A stretch of 64,000 nt of DNA, taken from contig JAUCBJ010008047.1 of assembly GCA_032718475.1 (NCBI GenBank), forward strand, positions 8,498-72,497, written 5' to 3'. Both the position numbers and the translations under genes were made by a program. Position 1 is the stretch's first letter; every line of letters begins with the position of its first letter. Shown here piece after piece: positions 59,468-64,000 of the stretch. This stretch comes from Nemertoderma westbladi. Taxonomy: Eukaryota; Animalia; Xenacoelomorpha. Under the pieces are notes generated by a model that worked only from the letters and a program-made list of their open reading frames with translations, did no database searches and was not told the DNA's origin.

Positions 59468-62272
59468 CGGTCAGGGCCCTAAACCGATTAGGTTCTCTGT
59501 TCGCAGAACACCGAACACTATTCCGGCCACGGAACTAGTCCAGCAGAATGCCTTTATAGAATCCTGGGATTTGTGGGACGAGAGGATCTCAGCAACTAAG
59601 CGAAAACGAACAATAGGATGTTCCTAGACCCCCCCCCCCCAAAAATTTATCTAGAAGACTTTTTCCCATATACATTACGTTTCAAAAGTCTACGGTTCTC
59701 CGGCTAGGGCCAATTTGAGTCAAAAAGTCAGCCTCCCTAGCAACCTCGTTGCTATGCGTACAAGTCCAGAACCGCTAATGCTACGGACTTGGGACCGACG
59801 CCAAACTGTAGGCAGCATATGAGTTTACATTGAGGGAGTCTTTTGTGGAGGTGCCCAATCATGATCTTGACCATGATCAGCAAAGATCAGTTTTGATCAG
59901 GGATCGGACACTCAAGGCTTGCTCCAATCGAAAACCTTAACATTACAAAAAGATTCAGCGACCCCACATTAGTCATGATTCCCGTTAAAAGATTTTAAAA
60001 AAAAGTGAATTCTTCCCGGTCAAAACGCAAGATCATGATCGCACAAAGATCGGACTTCGTAAAATCGTAACTAAGCATTTTGGATATAAACAATTACTGT
60101 AGGAAACGTTCAGAACACCGCCCTGAGTCGATTAAAAAAAAATTGGCTCGATCAGACAACCGGTTCTCGAGATCTGATACCTGATCATTAAAGATCATAT
60201 TTTTCGGTTTTTTCCAATTTTCTCGAAAACTTTGTTTGAGACCCCCGATTTTTTTTTTACGAATCGACCTCAATGGTGAAGGGGCAACTTTTGAGCATTT
60301 CGAAATTTTCAAAAAGCGATTTGATCAGGCCGCGATCAGAAAAGATCGTGTTTTTGGTTTTATTTCGAAGACCAAGTCCTGGGAGTTCACCGTATGGAAA
60401 AACTTAACATCACAAAAAGATTCCTCACCCTCGAATTATGGGGGGTAGCCAAAATTTGGGCATAAAAAAGTTCAAGTCTTGTGGGTCAAAACTCAAGATC
60501 ATGATCGCGAAAAGATCAGTATATTTAAAATCGAATCTAATCATTTTTCTAATAAACATTCATTGTAAGAAATGTTCAATGGTCTATTCTGAGTTGATTA
60601 AAAAAAAAATTGGCTCGATCGGTCAACCGGTTCTCGAGATCAGCTTCCAGATCATAAAAGATCGTGTTTTTTGGTTTTTCCCGATTTTCTCGAAAACTTT
60701 GTTTGAGACCCCCGATTTATTTTTTACTAATCGACTTCTATTAAGAAGGGGCAACGTTTGGGCATTTCGAAATTTTCAAAAAGCGATTTGATCAGGCCAT
60801 GATCAGGAAAGATCATGTTTTCGGTTTTATTTCGAAGACCAAGTCCTGTGAGTTCACCGTTTGAAAAAACTTAACATTACAAAAAGATTCCTCACCCTCG
60901 AATTAGTGGGGGTAGCCAAAATTTGACCATAAAAAAGTTCAATTCTAGGTGGTCAAAAGATCATGATCGCGAAATGACCACTTTTTTGGAAATTACTTCA
61001 GAGCATTTTGGGGCAAAACTTTCAAATTAAAAAACATTCACTGGAGTGTTCTAAGTAGATTAAAACAAATTTCGACTCAATAGGCCTACCGGTACCGGAG
61101 ATATGGTCGTCCAAATTCTGCTTCCGGTAATTCAAAAATATTTCGAAAACCCTTGATCGAATTTTTCCCTTGAAAATATGTGAATGTACAGTTAGCGGAC
61201 CCGCATCTAACGATATATCACAATCCATATTTCGGATGACAGGTACCGGTGAAATCAGACTTTACCGAAAAAAATTTAAATTTTAGGTACTCATGTCTGA
61301 CAATCTCGAAAACTATAACAGGTATGGAAATACTTTCACTGCAAGAAATGTTCGCCTATCCAATGCGCTTCTAACTCTGTGCTCGGATTTTGCATAGTGT
61401 CAAATCCTACAACTTAACCCCCCCCAGCGGAGGGAACGGAGTGACCGGAGCGCCAGTACTATCTTTCATTATTATATAGTAATAAGGGTGGAGGGTGGGG
61501 TAGGTGGTGAATACTATTTATAGGGTGGAGGGAGGGTCTAGTATATTACTTTAGGATATTTGATTTCTTTGCAATATAGTTTAGCTGCCTCAGTCTTATT
61601 TGTAATATGTTATACATTATACCAAATTATATCAAGTTTTAACATACTACATTGTCTACCTGTAGGATAAATATACAATGTAGGGCTCATAATATATTTA
61701 TAAATAGTTTTAGTATATTTCATTGTATAACAGAGTGAATTGTTACTATTACGGTATTATAGTAAAGATACCGCTTTGATATGTCTGATCAAATGGCAAT
61801 TTCTGGTAAATTATTTATTTCACTATCTTGGGTATATCATTCAATTTCTAAAACTATAATAATAAACATTTACTTCAGTTCTTGTTTACTCGCATGGATA
61901 TATTGATATAAAATACATCAGTATAATATCTTATGGGGCCAAACGCAGATTAATCAGAATAATATGTTTAATTATTATTACAATTGGCACATTGAAGTAA
62001 GTAGTACATGAGTTTGATAAAATAATAATGAATCCGTATCTTATTCTACTTTGTCTAAATGATTATGTTATATAATAATGTTACTTTATCACTTTGGTTT
62101 AAACCGATCTCCTTTACTATTACTTACTACTTATACTACTACTACTACTACTACTATTACTACAACTACTACTGACTACTACAGAGTTATATATTATAAG
62201 AGGATGGGGTTCGTGATTATTAGTTATTATACAAGTGCCCCTCGGCTATAGAGAGTCCACCCTCGGTTGCTT
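59468..62272. mobile_element. 2805-bp non-coding insertion in the RT of E with a 6-bp TSD; contains ~467-bp tandem repeats and (TAC)n
   Basis: ACTGGA at 59462-59467 and 62273-62278; removing the insertion restores GFNLTKFQSSSEEFIKAI. TTAACATYACAAAAAGATTC recurs at 59937, 60404 and 60871. Confidence 0.8.
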
Positions 62273-63915
62273 ACTGGATTGGAATTTGGTCAGGTTAAAG
62301 CCGGATCCTTTCAGGATGTCGCGAACCTCGCGCCCTGTGTCCAGTATCTCCTTAACCGTATTTCCAGACTCCATTCCGTCGTCTACGTAGAAGCCGCGTC
62401 GAATCATATCGACGGCCCTAGTGCTGTATCTATCTTCCTTCCCCTTCACTGTGTCTCTCACTGCCATAGTCGTCGTAAATGAAGACGACTTGGCCCCCAT
62501 GTTTTGTACTACCATCTTATATGCCGGTATTATCGACGGTTCTTCCTCGCCGTTATACCATAAGAAGCGTTGACTGTCGCTATCTTCTTTCGTTACGCGG
62601 ACTTGGTTGAACATGCCTTCTATGTCACATGTGAAGGCGTGTTTCCCATTCCTAAATCTAAGTAGGACCTCTATGCCCGAGTTGTATATGTTTGGACCTT
62701 CTAACAGATAGTCGTTTAAGCATTTCCCGTTGGTCTTTGCCGATGCGTCAACTACCATCCGCAGTTTACCTTTCTTTGGGTCTAAAGCCACGTGGAGTGG
62801 CAGGTAATATGTCCTGTCCGTGTTCGGCTCGTCGACCGGTAACTCCACGGCCCATCCTTTCTCGACGTACTTCTTAATCGTTCTGTGGATGTACTCATTC
62901 TTCTCGGGGCTCCGTTTTAGTGTTTGTTTCAGCTTGCGGAGTCTCGTGAGTACCATCCCTCTATTATCGGGCAGTGGTATCTTCGGTAGTTTCCATACCA
63001 TTCCTATAGTATACCGCCCCTCATCGCATGTCATCGATTCCTCCACGCTTTGTAAAGCCTGCTTGTCTTCTACCGAGGTCCCGACCCCGGTCTCTTTCAG
63101 TCCCTCGAAATCTTGTTTGAGCAGTCTTTTAAGCTGCTCCTCTGCTCCCTCATCACCCATTTCCTGCATTGTTCCCGCGAACATGCATCCTGATGTCTCC
63201 GACATCCTAAATGGTATCTTGCTCTTGATTGGGCCACTCAGCACGAATGGTGTTAATATCGCCACCGGGTCACACTGCTTGTCTTCACCGAAGACCGTTT
63301 GCATTCTTTCGTGGGCCGTTGGGCAGTCCATTCTTACTATGATGGATACCTTCCTAATGTCCACATCTGGGATTGAGAAGTCAATGTCGTCCAGGAATTT
63401 ATATTGCTCGACCTCGATGTTGGTTGGCCGCCTGGCATTGATATTAATTGACTCTATCACTTGGATGGGGTCGATGGTTGCCCATAGTCGCATCCTGGTG
63501 CCACTGCTGCAATTGCGCACCGTCCGGTTCTCATCTCCAGGATCTCATCTTTGCTAGAGATGGTTGTTACCGCCATTCTGCTTGGCCTCGTTCTCAATCC
63601 TATCTCTTCGGCCACCCATTCCTCGACTAATGTGAAGGCTGCTCCACTATCGACCAGCATTAGTGTTGTTACTGATCGATTGCCTTCCCCAATCACTCGC
63701 ACGGGTACTACTCCAAGTAGCACTGTTCCTCTCTTCTTCGCCCCTACTGTGCTCGTTGCCATCGTTTGGCCTCTCCTTTGACCGAACTTTACCGGCTTCT
63801 CCTTGCATTCCCTTGCTCTATGTCCACTCATCACACATCGCGAGCAGATTTTATTGCTCAACGCATAATCTATCTGATCTTGCCTAGGTAGCGCCTGCCA
63901 GTACCTGCAGTTCAT
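62273..63915 (-). pseudogene. pol: BEL gag end, protease and RT of E (frameshifted)
   Basis: CSRCVMSGHRAREC, LVDSGAAFTL, YYLPLH, CLNDYLLEGP, CDIEGMFNQV, FYVDD. Confidence 0.92.
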
Positions 63916-64000
63916 GGTCTGATGAAGCGCATTTGCGTGTAGCTGGCATTTGCTCTTTGGGTCGTAGCCCTCCTTATACAGCGCATTGCGTATCGCAGCT

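Larger units (their letters stand above)
56251..64000 (-). mobile_element. BEL/Pao LTR retrotransposon 'E' (canonical, no ORF3), running off the window; 3' LTR truncated to ~95 bp
   Basis: PPT GAGAGGGGGGCATA (56359-56346) followed by TGAGTACAGC at 56345; pol ORFs 56939-59413, 62246-63520 and 63457-63915. Confidence 0.9.

Noticed and set aside
57066-63887. Long plus-strand ORFs (239, 152 and 245 aa) and similar antisense ORFs over A and B
   Set aside because: Shadows of the pol/gag frames. Most start at TTG/GTG and have no independent motifs.

Overview
Eukaryotic (most likely invertebrate animal) nuclear DNA made almost entirely of nested transposable elements. No host gene or prokaryotic feature could be supported. 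It holds four BEL/Pao LTR retrotransposons: C (3' part, 1-3377, +), A (complete, 17142-33250, -, AGGGC TSD), B (near-intact, 37043-54090, +) and E (56251 to beyond 64000, -). It also holds a degraded APE-RT LINE, a CRE-like fragment, a tRNA-derived SINE head, several MITE-like DNA elements, two solo LTRs and a 416-bp satellite. The most unusual signal is a shared 3' module in A, B and C, absent from E. It consists of a third ORF in the env position that is not an envelope (a conserved DPxxElxRLYxTMxYL block, a CxxC..CxxH..C motif, CCHC zinc knuckles and a basic tail), preceded by a covarying structured RNA (IRES candidate) and an internal copy of the polypurine tract. The same lineage shows no recognisable tRNA primer-binding site (A has a Tf1-like 11-nt self-complementarity), a Pol III tRNA-like unit inside B's LTR, and a dispersed hairpin motif repeated 8 times along B. 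All alignments and folds were done by eye, and no database search was run.
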